A DNA stretch of 63,553 nt, counting the filler, from Sphacelaria rigidula (lineage: Eukaryota), in the NCBI GenBank assembly GCA_964200075.2. It is 8 parts of 8 records of this genome, joined end to end, with 100 filler letters (N's around TTAATTAATTAA, not from the genome) between each part and the next. Parts side by side here need not be neighbours in the genome. Positions count along the whole stretch, not along the records: positions 31,829 to 39,685 come from CAXNAA020013211.1; positions 39,786 to 47,641 come from CAXNAA020013212.1; positions 47,742 to 55,597 come from CAXNAA020013213.1; 5 more parts are not named here. One strand, written 5' to 3'. Position 1 is the stretch's first letter. Every line of letters starts with the position of its first letter. A model generated the notes under the pieces. That model was not told the origin of the DNA and made no database searches. It saw nothing but the letters and a program-made list of their open reading frames with translations. A program made the position numbers and the translations under genes. This document shows positions 36,201-49,696 of this stretch, one piece after another.

Positions 36201-39200
36201 CGATCCTTCCTGTATTTTTCACTGCTCTTGTATTCCAGAATCCCCTAAAAAACACGGGATTTTACAAATGACCGGCGTTTTCTCCCATGATGAGCGACGC
36301 CACACATTACGGCCGGAGAGTGCATTTGTAATTCTACTTCGAAAACATTTCGATGCTTGTGGCGGTTCCCAGCGTTATTCCTCCATAAAAACTGTGCTCA
36401 ATTTCCGAAATCGCGTGCTAGATGCGCTAAGTGGTAGTCGATGGTCCAGTAATTTGAATTGGAATCGAAGACTATGAACACCGTCGGGGATCGAAGTGTT
36501 CCAGGCCCGTACCTCTAGCCCGACAAAAACACAAATCGAAACGATATTCACCAACTGCTTCCTCAAATGGTTTGGCAAAAAAACTAAAATCAAACTAAAA
36601 TAAGACGCGGTTTACCGAGGGTGATGCCGCGAAAGCCCCCCCCCCAAAACCACCCGCCCACATACACACGTATCAGTCGATAAGCGCGACCGAAATAATG
36701 GCTGTGCAAGCGCTACCTACATTTACCCACCTGTTTGTTTCTCATGTAGAAGTATATAGCATTCTGGTGCGGCATGTGTTGCCCGTACATCCCTGAGTAT
36801 CTGTCGAGGAACGCGAGGATTTTGTTTCGGTGGACAGTATCCCTACCGTCTCGTGGTCCACCGTCGCCCCTGACATAACACCCGAAACACTACATTCGTG
36901 AGATTCAGAGGGTTGTTTCAGATTCAGAGTGAGACCCGAAACAATCGACTTTCCCGTCGATTTTGACATCGCCACAGTTCGAAGAGTAATGCGCTCAGCT
37001 GGTGAAGCGGTGGCTTCAATGACAGCTGTCACCTACACAATCATTTTGACACATCACTTGATCGCAACTACGTAATCAGTCCATTGTAACAAAAGATCCC
37101 CTCTTTCAGGAAAAACCGATTAGTGCCTGAAACAGTTTCAATTCCGAAATGCCCCCCAGGCGTAAAAATGCTTCGTGGGGTATCTCACCAACAAGACTGC
37201 CCGAATCCTCGAATGGGGTACTCTACGGTAGCCGCATGCACAGCACGTGTGCTCCAGCAAAAACAAAAATGAACGTTTCCTGTTGGGAACGCTAGAGTAT
37301 CCACTCCGAATCTGATACTACCCTCTGAATCTCACGAATAGGGTCTTCCGGGTGCATCGCGGTGAGAAACCCAGTTGAGCAATAAATTTTGCCCTCAGAG
37401 GTGTTCCACGGGTGTATGTCGCATACAAAACCGCATGTAGACTGGGTTGGACCATGCCATGTTTGATGTTCAGAATCATTATTTCGCCATAATATCACAC
37501 GCCTCTTTTTATGACCATGTGAATGTAGGACATATGCATAGACAATAGTACAGGAAAGTCCTTGACCGGTTTTGAGCGCAAAAAGTATATCCACCTTATA
37601 GGCGGATCCTTATTTCCACCGTGACCCTTCATCATGACCGATCCCGCGTTGTTTTGTTTAAATCGGGAGCCTTCATTTTTTCAGTCAGCTGCTCAACCGT
37701 CAGAAGGTTTCGAGGTTACCAACTGAGCCACCGGGGCGACCGGCATACAACAGAGACAAACGCAAAGCGTACCGACGGAGTATCGAAGTCCAGCCAGCAC
37801 GAGTCAATGTTGAGCACGACGGAAAACACCCACTTCGATCTTCCATCATCCGCTAGTACCGTCGATGAGATTTGTTTTTCGCGAGATGACGGGTACAAAA
37901 CATAGTATTCACACTACAGGCCGTGGGTTTTGCGAACAGTACGACATTACAAGTACAGGCTACGCTTCGCAAACACGGCACAGTTGTAGCCTGTACTCGG
38001 TATCTTGTACTACTCCATGTCCGAGTACAGGCTGTACTCTGTCAGGTAACAAGCACGGTCTGTACTCGCGAGCACAGGAGGTAGCTGTGCTTTGCCGATA
38101 CAGTACAGCACTATCGTAATTATGCGAGTCAACGCACACCCCCCGGGCCGAGTTTCAAAGTTCGATTACTCCATGACGAAGAGGGTGCCAATACCAAACG
38201 ACGCGTTTTCGGACAGCTATTGACGAGATCTTTTCCGCGTCACCCTCTTCAGAACTGATGCCCTTCTTGTTGTGGAGTAGTCGAGCTTTGAAATTCGGTC
38301 GAGGGGGTGTGCGATGACTCGCGACAATTACGGTGTACCGGTTTCACTGTAATGTAGGGTTTGAGGTTACATTCAGATGCACGTCCATGGCAGTGGATAC
38401 AGAAGCAGAGGATATGACTACTGAATACTGCCTGCACTACGGTTCTACACGTGAAGGCTTAACTTCGTTTACTGTGCGTGTGTTACTGCTGTGTACTACT
38501 GCCTGCACTCCAGTACTACGCGTGAAGGCTTCGTCTTGTTTGAAAACATCCGTAACGGGCAGCTAATTCGAAACGTTTGGGCTCCTGAATTCAAAAACAA
38601 TGCGGAATCGGTCATGATAAAAGGTCACGGTGGGAACAAGGATCTTGCTGTGCACATCTACCCAAACTTGGCGATCATACTCACGTGGTTCACGACACCG
38701 ATGGAGCACCCGGGTTCTTTTTGACGTTCTCAACGAGGTTCTTCGACACCCCACAGGCTGGAGCGAAGAACCGATTACGAACCACGCCGTCGGAAGCATG
38801 CACTGATCCCATGTTCTTACCGGGTTTTTGATACGGCACGTGCCCTCGAACCCAAGCCAGTCTTACTTTGCGCACGACGACACGACTGAGGTCCTCTTGC
38901 TCCAACGCCAACCTCCGAGCATCAAGCGTCCCTTCAACGAACCGCTCAACACACCGTAGACTGCGGCAGCACTCGAAACTCGATGCAAGCATATCTTACA
39001 GCGCCATCGGCTGTGTAGGGAGAGCTGCACCCGACACCGAAACGATCGACTCGAGAGGGGACTGCTCTTGTTGCCGTCTTTTTGGAGTCAAGCCGCCGGT
39101 ATGCCCACATGATGATTCGATGTTCCGCCCTGCGGGTTCAAGCCAGGTAGTGAACAGGAGGCGATCCGCCTCTGTAATAGGCATAAACGCACGCTCCACA

Positions 39201-39685
39201 CTACTTCCTCTGGTAAGTGGGTGTTTGAGAGTGGGCGATGCCGATACGTTTATGGCAGCGTGGGCGGGGCGGTGATGTTTGGACAGTAACGAAGGTGTTG
39301 GCGTTGTTCCACGTTTAGATCAATCTCTCCGGGATTTAAAATCAACATGCTCTGACCGCCAGAATCTCGGGATAAATATCCTGTGGTCCTGTGTGCAACT
39401 GACCATTGTGCACCCGAAGCGCGATCAGAAAATGGGACACATGTCGACAAATATCGGAGTCGTTAGGTCTTTTCACCTACCTGGCTGGTATGATTGTTTC
39501 GGTGGTATGGCAGTTGACGCGCTGCAAATGGGTCACCATTCCACCGAAAATGAAGCCCGTAAAAAACACGCCGTCGTACTAGTCACCAAGTACGATATTA
39601 ACAGCAAATTGTGATAATTGAGGTTTAACTCTGAATTGAGGCTCAAGTGGGCAACTCAACTTGCGAACTGTTTGTAGCAGAAGTA

Positions 39686-39785
39686 NNNNNNNNNNNNNNN
39701 NNNNNNNNNNNNNNNNNNNNNNNNNNNNNTTAATTAATTAANNNNNNNNNNNNNNNNNNNNNNNNNNNNNNNNNNNNNNNNNNNN
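39686..39785. other. Artificial contig-joining spacer
   Basis: N44-TTAATTAATTAA-N44. Confidence 0.99.
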
Positions 39786-41252
39786 ATAAAATATGTATTA
39801 TTCTCTCCACCCTAGTACGTAAAAATCCAGAAACATGTTGTGCCAAAAAGGGGGGCTGGGTCAATCGTAAAGAGCCACTCATCCAAAAGTAACACGTCAG
39901 GTCCTAATTCCTTGGCCACGCGCTGAGCGTGTGCCTCCAACAGATTCTTACTGCAACCAACATATCGGGTATACCTTTAATAACAGAACTGTATCTCTTA
40001 TATGCCCTTCACCCATATGTCATAATCCAATCACTATATCCATTTCCAACTCATCCAGGCCTGTCCGCGTGTATCCAACATTGAGTGTGAGTATACTCGA
40101 TTAGACTGTTTGTACAGTACTCACAACATGCATGAAGACTCGAGGACGCGCAGCAATGCAATTCGCCTTAACAAACGAAGGCATACTATGAACCTTGCCA
40201 GCGGTGGCGGGGTCACCTTTCCTGACCATCCTGTTTCTCCAGCATCAACATCGCAGTGCTGGTATCTATTTCATGCACGGATTAGGTTCTACTGCCACAA
40301 TCATTTGTCTCCCCGCACACAAACGCAAATATACTCCTTTCTACTGATCGATACGAGAAAAATGTACACTGTACTATGCAAGTTAAGTGAGGAGCCGGCA
40401 GTGCATCTCGAGAAACATCGAGCTGAGGTAAGCAAAGGTAACTGGTGATTAATCACGGCTCTGAGCACTCACACGACAGGGGAAACAAACCGTGAGTGAT
40501 ACAACTACAGACCCCACGCATATTACAGGACAGCATGACGAGAACTGTCCGTGTACAGTAGATTTTGAGACATCGTCCCAAAGACTTTAAAACTAGAACA
40601 CTACCCAGATATAACAAAGTGAACTGATTGCTGGGTCGGACCGAACATAACGGATGTGCGCTTTTTTTGTGCGAGTTAATGAACATATATTTCCAGGCAG
40701 CGGCGACGATCAACTTTCGCATGAAACGAAGCTTGTTATAGACCTGATGTATATCCACGTGGTGCACACTTGGTGAATTCATCAACATGAAATGTTAACC
40801 CACATGCCGAAAAACACCTCGCATGCAATTCACAAAATAACCGCAGCCGCTGCCACCGGAAAAATTGCCGTTGACCCCAAAAACAAGTCGCTACACTGCT
40901 CATCCACAAGCAACACCCACGTCATATTTTTTTCTGACCCCTCATGTACCGTATGTCTTTCCTTTTCATGCTACAAGCGGACAAGTATTTACCATGCATG
41001 TGAGTCCCCACGTGGCTAATAGAACGTAGCGTAACGAACAGTACGATCGACCAGACTCACATCCAGGGCAACGCGTATTTACCCCCGCACAATTTATTGT
41101 GAAGGCACCGATCTGAGGACCCCAGAAGTAGAACACTTTCCGAGCCGTTGGCATCACAATGAGTTGCTTACCAGCTCTGAATATGTTTCTACAATTCCCC
41201 CCTTGACTATTATATCAGTGTAACGTGTGCTGTCTCTGCTGGATCTACAACC

Positions 41253-41500
41253 TGTGACGAAAATACGCCGTTACGTTGAGTTTGTAGTGGTGATATGGAT
41301 AATGATCGTTGGTAGTTATGATTTGGATAATGACCGGGGACACTAGGTGGATGCCCTGGCGTGTCTAGGTGTGTGCCTTGGAAGGTCACTCCTGAATAAT
41401 GAGTATGTTGCAAAGGCTGACAACCGAAACTGAGGCCAGTAAGACTGGGGAGTCCCTCAACAGCAGTGATCCAACAGTGCTTCCACTGGCTGGCGTCACA
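41253..41500 (+). repeat. 5' LTR (248 bp)
   Basis: Direct repeat of 45856-46102; by eye 10 substitutions and 1 indel. Confidence 0.97.
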
Positions 41501-41806
41501 ATATCGATCGTAGTGCTACTGCTCGTGTTAGTGCTAGAAACCTGCTGAAAGGACTTCGGCGGAGTGAGTCTGGCAGCGAGGGACAACCTGACATCACGGA
41601 CGCGTGATGCGGGTTCAAGCTGGTGGTGGCTGCAGAAAGGTAGCTGGCCTGTGATTGGTCCAGACTGGAGACTTGCTGAAGCTGCGTGCAGCGGGAGTTT
41701 GGAGGCTCCTACGACTGTGTGGTACGGCGACGAAGCAAGGGAAGTGCAATTCGAGAAGGTCCGCTGGCCTGCAGAGGTTCGCAGGTAGCCGGTTACAGCT
41801 ACAACT

Positions 41807-42747
41807 ATGGCTACCGGCTCACGAGGTACGTCCACCGTGACACCCATGGTCATGCGGGAAGAATTGCGACCTCCCCAATACGGGGACAGGTACTCAGAGA
41901 GTGCATCTCGCACTTTTTACACGAGGTATTTGGAATACAAGAAGCGTGTGGAGCACGCTAATGCAGAGGGTGCCGTGCGGCATCAGGTGGTGACAATGGC
42001 TTAACAAGTGCCGACTCATGTACAGAGAGTATTCGCTCGTTTGGAACATAATGAGAGTACTCTCACCTCGCCGCAATTGGTTGCGGCGATCAAAAAGCAT
42101 GTTTGACATGCGGCGGGCGCCGAGGTAGGTCTGACCCAAGCGTCCGCGGCCGTGGCGAAAGCTGTCGCCGTGGATTTTGGGGGGAAAACGATGCTGGAGC
42201 GTGTGGAGCCTATCTTGGCTAATTTGGAGAAGTACTTCACGGAAAATCCGAACGTAGAACTATATATCGTTCCCCCGATGGTGAGTTCATTCCCGGCCCG
42301 GCAACAGTAATCACTAAGGCTTTGGTGGAGGGGTTGGCACCGGAAAATTCCGAGCAAGCCGTGCTTATCAAGCTGCAGCACCAAACAGACTGGAAGGCCG
42401 ATCCTTACCTGGTGATGAGCATCGTCGTGGCCGAGACCAAGGAGTGGCGGGAAGTAGAGGTGTTCGGCCAGTCGTGCACCTCTTCGCCGAAATCTTTGCG
42501 CAACAATGGCTCGAAATCGGCCGGTCGCGCCGCGAGTATTATTTGCCACCGCTGTGGCCAGGTCGGCCATTACGTGCGCGATTACCCAACGTCTTCCGGT
42601 GGAGAGTCTGGGCAGTCTAGTGCCGCGCGCCATCAGCATCGTCAGCACAAGCGCAAAAGACGAGGTAATCGTGGTGGCGGCGGCGGATCCTCCGGCGATC
42701 GAGAGTCGCATGCGAGCCCTCAGCAGCAGCAGAACCACCAGCAGTAG
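41807..42747 (+). pseudogene. gag: gag with degenerate zinc knuckle
   Basis: ORF pieces with stops and frameshift; CHRCGQVGHYVRDY (last Cys of CCHC lost). Confidence 0.8.
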
Positions 42748-42882
42748 AACCAGCAGCAGCAGGAGCAGCGGCGTCAGCATGGATCTCGCTTTAGGTCCGG
42801 CGCCGCCGTAGGTGCTGCTGCTCCGCAACGGGCGGTGCAGATGGGCCCGACTTCTACATAGTCGAACACTGCGCCGGCACCG

Positions 42883-44388
42883 GTGGTGGCGCCGGCGGCG
42901 ACACCGGCAGCAGCGCCAGGCGCGACGCCTATTAACGCGCTGGTCGGAGGGTCGCCAAATTCTTGGTTTGCTGGCTGGGGGGCGTACCCGCCGGCGGTGC
43001 CGTTTGAACATGCCGGGGCGTCTTCGCCTGCGCAGCTTACGCAGCCGTGGCGTCAAGTGGGATTAGCGGCGCACAGGTCAGCGGAAGAAGTTCCCGTGGA
43101 GCTTGCCGACAGATACATTCCGGCGGACTTATGTCTTCCGAATCAACGGCAGCGTGGAGCCATTGTGGTTCGGTCTGTGTTGGATTCTGGCGCCCATTTC
43201 ACTAGTCTGCCGGTTCAGATGGTTGAGATGCTGGAACGACAACTCCCTGGTGTGCCGCTGCGCATCCCGTTTTCGCTCGGGGCGCGGCATGCAGTCACCG
43301 CGTCCGGTCAGCATGTATCAGTCACGGAGCGTACTGTTCCATTGCAGCTAGCCTTCAAGACTGCTTGGGGGCTGGCGCGGTTGCCTCCGATCTCGTTTGC
43401 GATTATGCCAGGGTCGGATGGTGTTGTTCTTCTGGGGCTGCCGACGCTACAGGATCTAGGAGTCGACCCGTTTGAGCGGTTGAAGGACTCCATCAAGACG
43501 CGGGTGTCTTCGCCTGGTCCGCACGTGGAGGCGCCCGCCTTTTTGGGCAGTCGTCGCGTGAGCTTGTCGGTGGGTGCTTTTCAGGAGGCTGGGGGGCAGG
43601 TGACCGAGGAGCGGGATGCGGCGGTGGAACGCTTAGTAGAGCGCGGCCCGGATATGTTCATGGACTCGGCGGAAGAGGAGTGCGCTCGGGAGGTCGCGCT
43701 GGAGGAGAGCGTGGCGGATGCTGTGGCGAAAGACCTCAGCGTCCCCAAAGCGGAACGCCTGCGCGGTATCTTGCATTGCCGCGTAAACGCGTTTAGTCGT
43801 GCGCTGCGGGGTGATCCCCCTGCGCGCGTGGAGCCCATGCATGTTCAGCAAAAACCTGGGGTGTCCGTGGCGAAGACGAAGCCGCGACGGTACGATCCAG
43901 TGAAGTCGAGTTGGTTAGCGTTGTGCATGGCGGTTCTTTTGGCGCTCGGGGTGGTAGTAGAGAATTTGCAGGCGGGGTGGTCCAGTCCAGATATGGCGTT
44001 TTCGAAGAAGGCTGCATCGTGGACGAAGGGTAGGCTGCAGGCGTGGGCGGCAGCGAAGGATCTTGTGGCTAATGCCGTGACGCTGTTCCATCCTCGTCCT
44101 GATTGTCAGGTTTCAATGTCTCCGGATGCATTCGAGTGCCATTGGGGTAGTTTGGTCATGCAGGTGCCTACAGTTGAAATTCAAATGCCTGTGCGCGCTG
44201 TGGCTGTTTATGTTCCATGTGAACCTGATGACTCGATGCCGTCCAAATCTGTTGTCCGCCAAGCGCAACGAAAAGACCTTGGGGCCGAAGATGCGGATGT
44301 GCAATCCTTCGAGTCGGACGTTGGTACTGCTATCTTGGACAATGAAGGTCTGTTTCGTGTGCATGTGCGTGGCGAAAACGTTTTGTAG
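42883..44388 (+). pseudogene. pol: pol: aspartic protease plus RT and RNase H remnants
   Basis: VLDSGA protease motif; RT start (GWSSPDMAFSKK) fused directly to the linker/RNase H start (SWTKGRLQAW...SPDAFECHWG); no YxDD motif. Confidence 0.9.
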
Positions 44389-44429
44389 ATTCCGAGTTCT
44401 GACAAGTAGTTGCAGGTAAGTCTGATGAT

Positions 44430-45780
44430 TTGCGCGCACATCACGACGCCGGGCATCGTGGTGTGGCTACGACGCTCGTGCGCTTGCAAGAGTTTTGTGT
44501 CTGGCAGGGGATAGAAACTCATGTGCGCGAGTTTGTCCGTCAGTGTCTTCACTGTGCTGATTCGAGGGCGGGCGATGTTGTTTCCCGCCCGCTCGGCGAA
44601 ACGGTCCATGGGACCACGCCGAATAAAGTCGTTCAGTTTGACTTCTTGTTCGTGGGCGAGAGTGGGCCGCTAGCTTCCCAAGGTTTGTCGAAGGATGCTG
44701 GATTTCGGTACAGTTCGGTAATCATGGATGATTTGAGTAGCTTTGTGGCTCTGGAACCAGTAGCAGTGTGTACTGCTGAATCGACCGCTGTATTTTTGCT
44801 GGATTGGTGCAAAACTTTGGGGGTGCCGCGTGTGTGGGTGACTGATACCGCCACTAATTTCAAGAATGCGATCGTGGCCAGCTTGCGAGATGCTTTGCGC
44901 GTTGACCACCAGTTTGCCGTGGCGTATTCTCCGCGGTCTAACGGTACGTGCGAACGCCTGGTCAAGGAAGTAGTTCGTGCTCTTCGCTCTATTCTTCTGG
45001 AGCAGCGTAGAGCGGTTTCCGAGTGGGTGGACGTGTTGCCGGCGGTGCAATGGGCGCTAAATACAACGTATCGTCGTCGGCACGATAGTACGACGTACCA
45101 CGTGATGTTTGGTCGTGCACCTCGGACGTCTTTTTCGGTGTTGGCGTCTTCGTCGGCGGGGGAATGGAAGTGTGATATTTTGGACGATGTTTAAATCAAG
45201 AGTGCATTGCAAAGAGTCTTGGATTTGCTAGAACGTTTCCACGTTCAAGTGCAGGAACGTGTTGCCGCTGAACGTGCGTGTAGACGTGAGAGGTCGTCGT
45301 CGGGGCTGGAATTGCCGAATTTCGAGGTAGGCGGCTATGACTTGTATGCACGCGTACGTCGTCCGCGTGTTACGCCTAAATTGATGGCGACTTGGACTGG
45401 TCCGTGGAGAGTGGTTGGTGCTCACCACCCGCACGTGTTTGAGATTCAGAGCATTGTTTCGGGTCGTGTTCAGACCGCCCATGTAGCTCGTTTGCATTTT
45501 GATCCAAACTCGAAGCGAAATGTTACGGTTGACGTTGAGGACGTGTTCCAGCATGCTTTCAACCGGGGGCAATTTCAAATGGCTGGTATTGTCCGAGTGG
45601 CAGAAGCAGAGGATCGTTCGTTGATCGTGTTGGTCGACTGGGTTGGTTTCAACGTACGTGGGAGCCTTTGAAAAATATTTTTGAGGCCGCTCCGGAATTT
45701 TTCACGCAGGAGTTGCGTGAATTGCGCGTGACTCGTGCCGTTGCTGCTCGCATTACGAGCGAGTTTGGTATTCAGTTGTG
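44430..45780 (+). pseudogene. Integrase (HHCC, DDE) with chromodomain-like C-terminus
   Basis: HHDAGHRG...CLHC; QFDF, VTDTATNF, NGTCERL; WTGPW; VLVDWVGF...TWEPLKNI split by a stop and a frameshift. Confidence 0.92.
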
Positions 45781-45855
45781 ACTTACTCGTCGTTTTGGCG
45801 TTTTCTATGGGTCAAGCTTGTTGATCGATTTTCGTCCAACGCGCTTTGGGAGTGC

Positions 45856-46102
45856 TGTGACGAAAATACGCCGTTACATTGAGTTTGTAGTGATGATATG
45901 GACAATGACCTTTGGTAGTTATGATTTGGATAATGACTGGGGACACTAGGTGGATGCCCTGGCGTGTCTAGGTGGGTGCCTTGGAAGGTCACTCCTGAAT
46001 AATGAGTATGCTGCAAAGGCTGACAACCGAAGCTGAGGCCGGTAAGACTGGGAGTCCCTCAACAGCAGTGATCCAACAGTGCTTCCACTGGCTGGCGTCA
46101 CA
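45856..46102 (+). repeat. 3' LTR (247 bp)
   Basis: Direct repeat of 41253-41500. Confidence 0.97.
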
Positions 46103-47641
46103 AACCGAATTGCGATCATCACTGACTGTCTACATGTACATCACCACGGCACCGAGGTGGCTCGTGCATTTCTACGTGCACAACACTAAACAGTGGATCC
46201 TAGAAAATGGGGTCCATCTCAAGAGTAAGGTTAAAGTGGCATTTATTTTTCGCAGGGATGGCGCGAAACGCTTACTACCGAGCGAAGCCATCTTCCCCCC
46301 CAAATGACCGCAGCAGTTAAGCAGCTGTGGCTAGGGGCACCGAACGAATGCGGTGTACACGCGTGTCGACGACGATATCACCAGAGAGAGAAGCAACGGC
46401 AGAGAGGAAGCTCCTCGCCCGTGTCCTTTGTGTGTCCTCACTCGGCGATTACCAATCGCTCGAGAGACTGGCATCATGCATGTTACCAGCATGTCAAATT
46501 ATTGTTGCACAGCCCATCAAAGAACGTCGAGGTGCGGAGGGATTTCGTCTCGTCTTGTCTTTGGAGCTCACCACCGATGCAACAATCGACTTCTCTCTGC
46601 CTCTCTTTTTGGACAGGACGCGCCTCTGTGCGCTGCAGAACACGGTGATGTTCCCGTCACCGCTACTGTTGTCTGCCATACACATGCCAGCAAAGACAGT
46701 GCTGCGGCAATAGCAAATAGATTCAATTTGAACTTGGGGGTGTTATTCATCGTTGATTTTACCCCACATCTGACCCTCTAGCTGCCCGAGCAGAAGAGCG
46801 TACGACACGCCGGTTGAGGGGGGTGTATAAGAGATCGAACACTTGTAGAGACCTTCTTGACATGCGGGGTGAAGAAAGATACCTATAGTGGTGACCTAAC
46901 TGTTGCTAGCGTGGGGCAGAGGGGTGCATCCAGCATGGACGCACCGAATTACTGCCTGACCACCTCGCCACAGTACAGTAGCTTTGCATATTCATTCCGA
47001 TATAAAAAAATCATGCATTACAAGCTGGACCGAGATATGACCCCACGAGGAACAAGAGTGCTCTATGTATGAGCAACCACTTGTCGTTGCATTTGACACC
47101 TACGCCATCAACCGCCGGCCGCAAAGGTCTTCTTGTGGCTTTCAAGCAACGCTGGCGGCAATACGGCAGGCAAACGCGATCATAGCTAACTTTCGTTGCT
47201 CTACCGTACTGACTGTCGCCTGCACCGAGATCACCCCTGATTGATAACAACATGCTATACACCGAATTTCGCACGAGGTTGAAAATACGCAACAGTTATG
47301 TTTTCTCCACTATGTCCACATCATTTAAAGGGCTCTTGTTACCTGAAGAACTGTCGCTCCTCCCCCGTATGAAAGAACGACGATATAGGTTTTTGACCGC
47401 ATGTAAGACTCACGGGGGAAGAGAGAGTTTCTCCACTATGAAAATCCGCGCTTTCCCACCTGCAAAACGTTTCATGCGCGTTGCTCTCTAATCAGAACGC
47501 CAAAAGGTCGATTTCTGTTTCGTTCTGTACTTATTGCCGTATGTCAATTTCAGCAAAGTTTGCAATTGACAGCCGATTTTATATTTTGGGGTTTATACAA
47601 AATATGGGGCTGAAGTGGCATATCTCTCTTGCACGGAAGAC

Positions 47642-47741
47642 NNNNNNNNNNNNNNNNNNNNNNNNNNNNNNNNNNNNNNNNNNNNTTAATTAATTAANNN
47701 NNNNNNNNNNNNNNNNNNNNNNNNNNNNNNNNNNNNNNNNN
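47642..47741. other. Artificial contig-joining spacer
   Basis: N44-TTAATTAATTAA-N44. Confidence 0.99.
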
Positions 47742-48700
47742 CCGCCCAGACGGAGACACGATCGAGCTCGACAAGGCCTTGGAGGATGTCGTGTTTAATG
47801 TCGCCGGAGTAGAGAGTGCCCAGCTGCTCGGCATGATGATTCCAAGTCTTTTCGATCGCGAGCACCCGCCTAGTGTTGAATGTGTCGGTATCGTCCTCGC
47901 GTGGTGTCAAGTAAATGGGTACGTTTGGAAGCATCATCCCCACACGGGACAAAAGGACGTCCTGTTTGCGCCAGTTTCTAATTTGAAGTTGTTGAAATTC
48001 ACCCAGCTGTACTGAAGCGCCCGATTTATCGGCTGTAGCCTGCCCCATTAACTCTTGCGATCACCCGTACCCTTCGCCGCTGCCCCCGATCAATCATTCC
48101 CGCAGGATCATCCAGAAGACGTGCAAGACGCATCTCTTCCAAGTGTCGACGCTCGGCGTGAGATCAAATTGCGCAGAGTCGGCGATTTGTGCAGGCCACG
48201 TACTGTGCCTCAAGGGGGAGAGCATGGATGGGGTAGAGGTGGTGCAGGAGCGGTGGTCTTGGAGCCTACCGAGACCCAGCGTCCGGTGCTCGTTGTACCC
48301 TCGATTGCTGTTCAGCACAGCATGGTGTTTTTGTTTTGGTTAGCCAGTTCCAAGTGCTCCCGGTGTTTTGCAGCTAATTTGTTGATGCGGTAGTATTTGT
48401 TTTCCCGTGTTGATGGGTCATGAGCTATCCTTGATGGGTCCGTTGGCTCATGTTTCGAGTCCATTTTCGGAAATCCGATGCGGTTGGCGAGGGTCCCTGG
48501 CAAAATCGATTTCCTGCAGCTCATAGACGGGAGGCGCTCCATTGGCCTCGTGCAAGAGAATTTGTTATGATCCACTGCCATCGAGGGTGAGATGATGGAA
48601 CATAATCCATGGTCCCACCACGTTTCGCGACTTTTCTCGGCACGAAAAGGCGGGATATCAGCACTCATATCACACGCGATGACTTGCGCTTTCAAAAACA
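47742..48700 (-). pseudogene. Possible hAT-like transposase relic
   Basis: BED-like KSRETWWDH...KFSC, then LTPSVDTW and RVLAIEKTWNHHAEQLGTL in hAT-like order; stops and frameshifts; runs off the contig. Confidence 0.4.
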
Positions 48701-49659
48701 ACGACGGAAACTGCCGCGAAATGTTTGAACAGAAACGTGATTTCAAGATATCCACGAGCCCCCCAAGTCCACACGAATGGTGGCATCAACTGCATTTGCG
48801 AATGAAGTCGGGTACAACCTGGCCAAATCGTATCTTTTACTCGAACCACACGACCAACACTACTTTGGAGACCTCTCGAACAGTGCATTTTTCCACAAAT
48901 GCGCGCCTGTGGGCCAGCGCGCAACATTGTCCAACATTATTCTGCCATTCCATTCAGGCAACGGGTGGCAGGAATGTTACAACATGCTACACACTTAAGC
49001 TTTTCGTCTCATTATCGGAACGGGCGCAGCGAAACCTGTAATGAATAAAACCTCACTCTCAATCGTACTTTCAAAGCTCGATTTCTTGGAAACATTGTTG
49101 GGTTTGCCGGCAGGATTTTGCACCAATGTGCGAGGTAAGCATTTTCTCCACTAATGATGCAGACACACCCGGACGCGGAAAGCCATCAAAAGCCTGCTCT
49201 CAATCGTATCCTAGATTCTCAATTTGACGAAAACATGTTTTGTAACCTCGACCTTGTTTGGTTCTGAAAAACACCGGTCCTGAGGTGTTTCGAACTACGA
49301 TGCGGACCGAAAAGAGCCGTGTTTTAACGAAAAAAGGGAAATGATAATCATTTAGTGATAGTGATAGTGAAGTGACGGTTCAGAACGTCATGATCACGAG
49401 AAATTAGGCGCCGTTCTAAGCGAGTATGCTAGGGTGGGAAGCAAGTGATACAGAAACGGTAAAACAGCCCGCGAACAGACCAGCGACTTCGAGGAGGGCA
49501 GCAATCACGCGCAAGGGGGTATGGGTATTGTCGCAGGTCGAAGAGCGAACCGCCTTCCGCACGAGAAGGAGAAGGAGCAACAGCAGCAGTATCAGCAGCA
49601 TCTCTACTGCCAGTAGATGTACGCGTCTGGGGGTGGGTCTCAATCAGCCGGTGCCGATA

Positions 49660-49696
49660 CTGCTGCTGCTGCTGCTGCTGCCGCCGCTGCTGCTGC
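49660..49696. repeat. (GCT/GCC)n microsatellite
   Basis: Visible directly. Confidence 0.9.

Larger units (their letters stand above)
41253..46102 (+). mobile_element. Ty3/Gypsy LTR retrotransposon, 4850 bp, non-autonomous, chromodomain-like integrase tail
   Basis: Two LTRs with TGTGACG...CGTCACA ends; AACC TSD (41249-41252 and 46103-46106); domain order gag-PR-(RT/RH remnants)-IN. Confidence 0.97.

Noticed and set aside
40850-41150. SF1-helicase-like motifs (VLLVDE...LFLG) on the minus strand
   Set aside because: No recognisable Walker A motif and many stops; chance similarity cannot be excluded.
42016-43056. 346-aa minus-strand ORF
   Set aside because: GC-rich antisense shadow of the Gypsy gag region.
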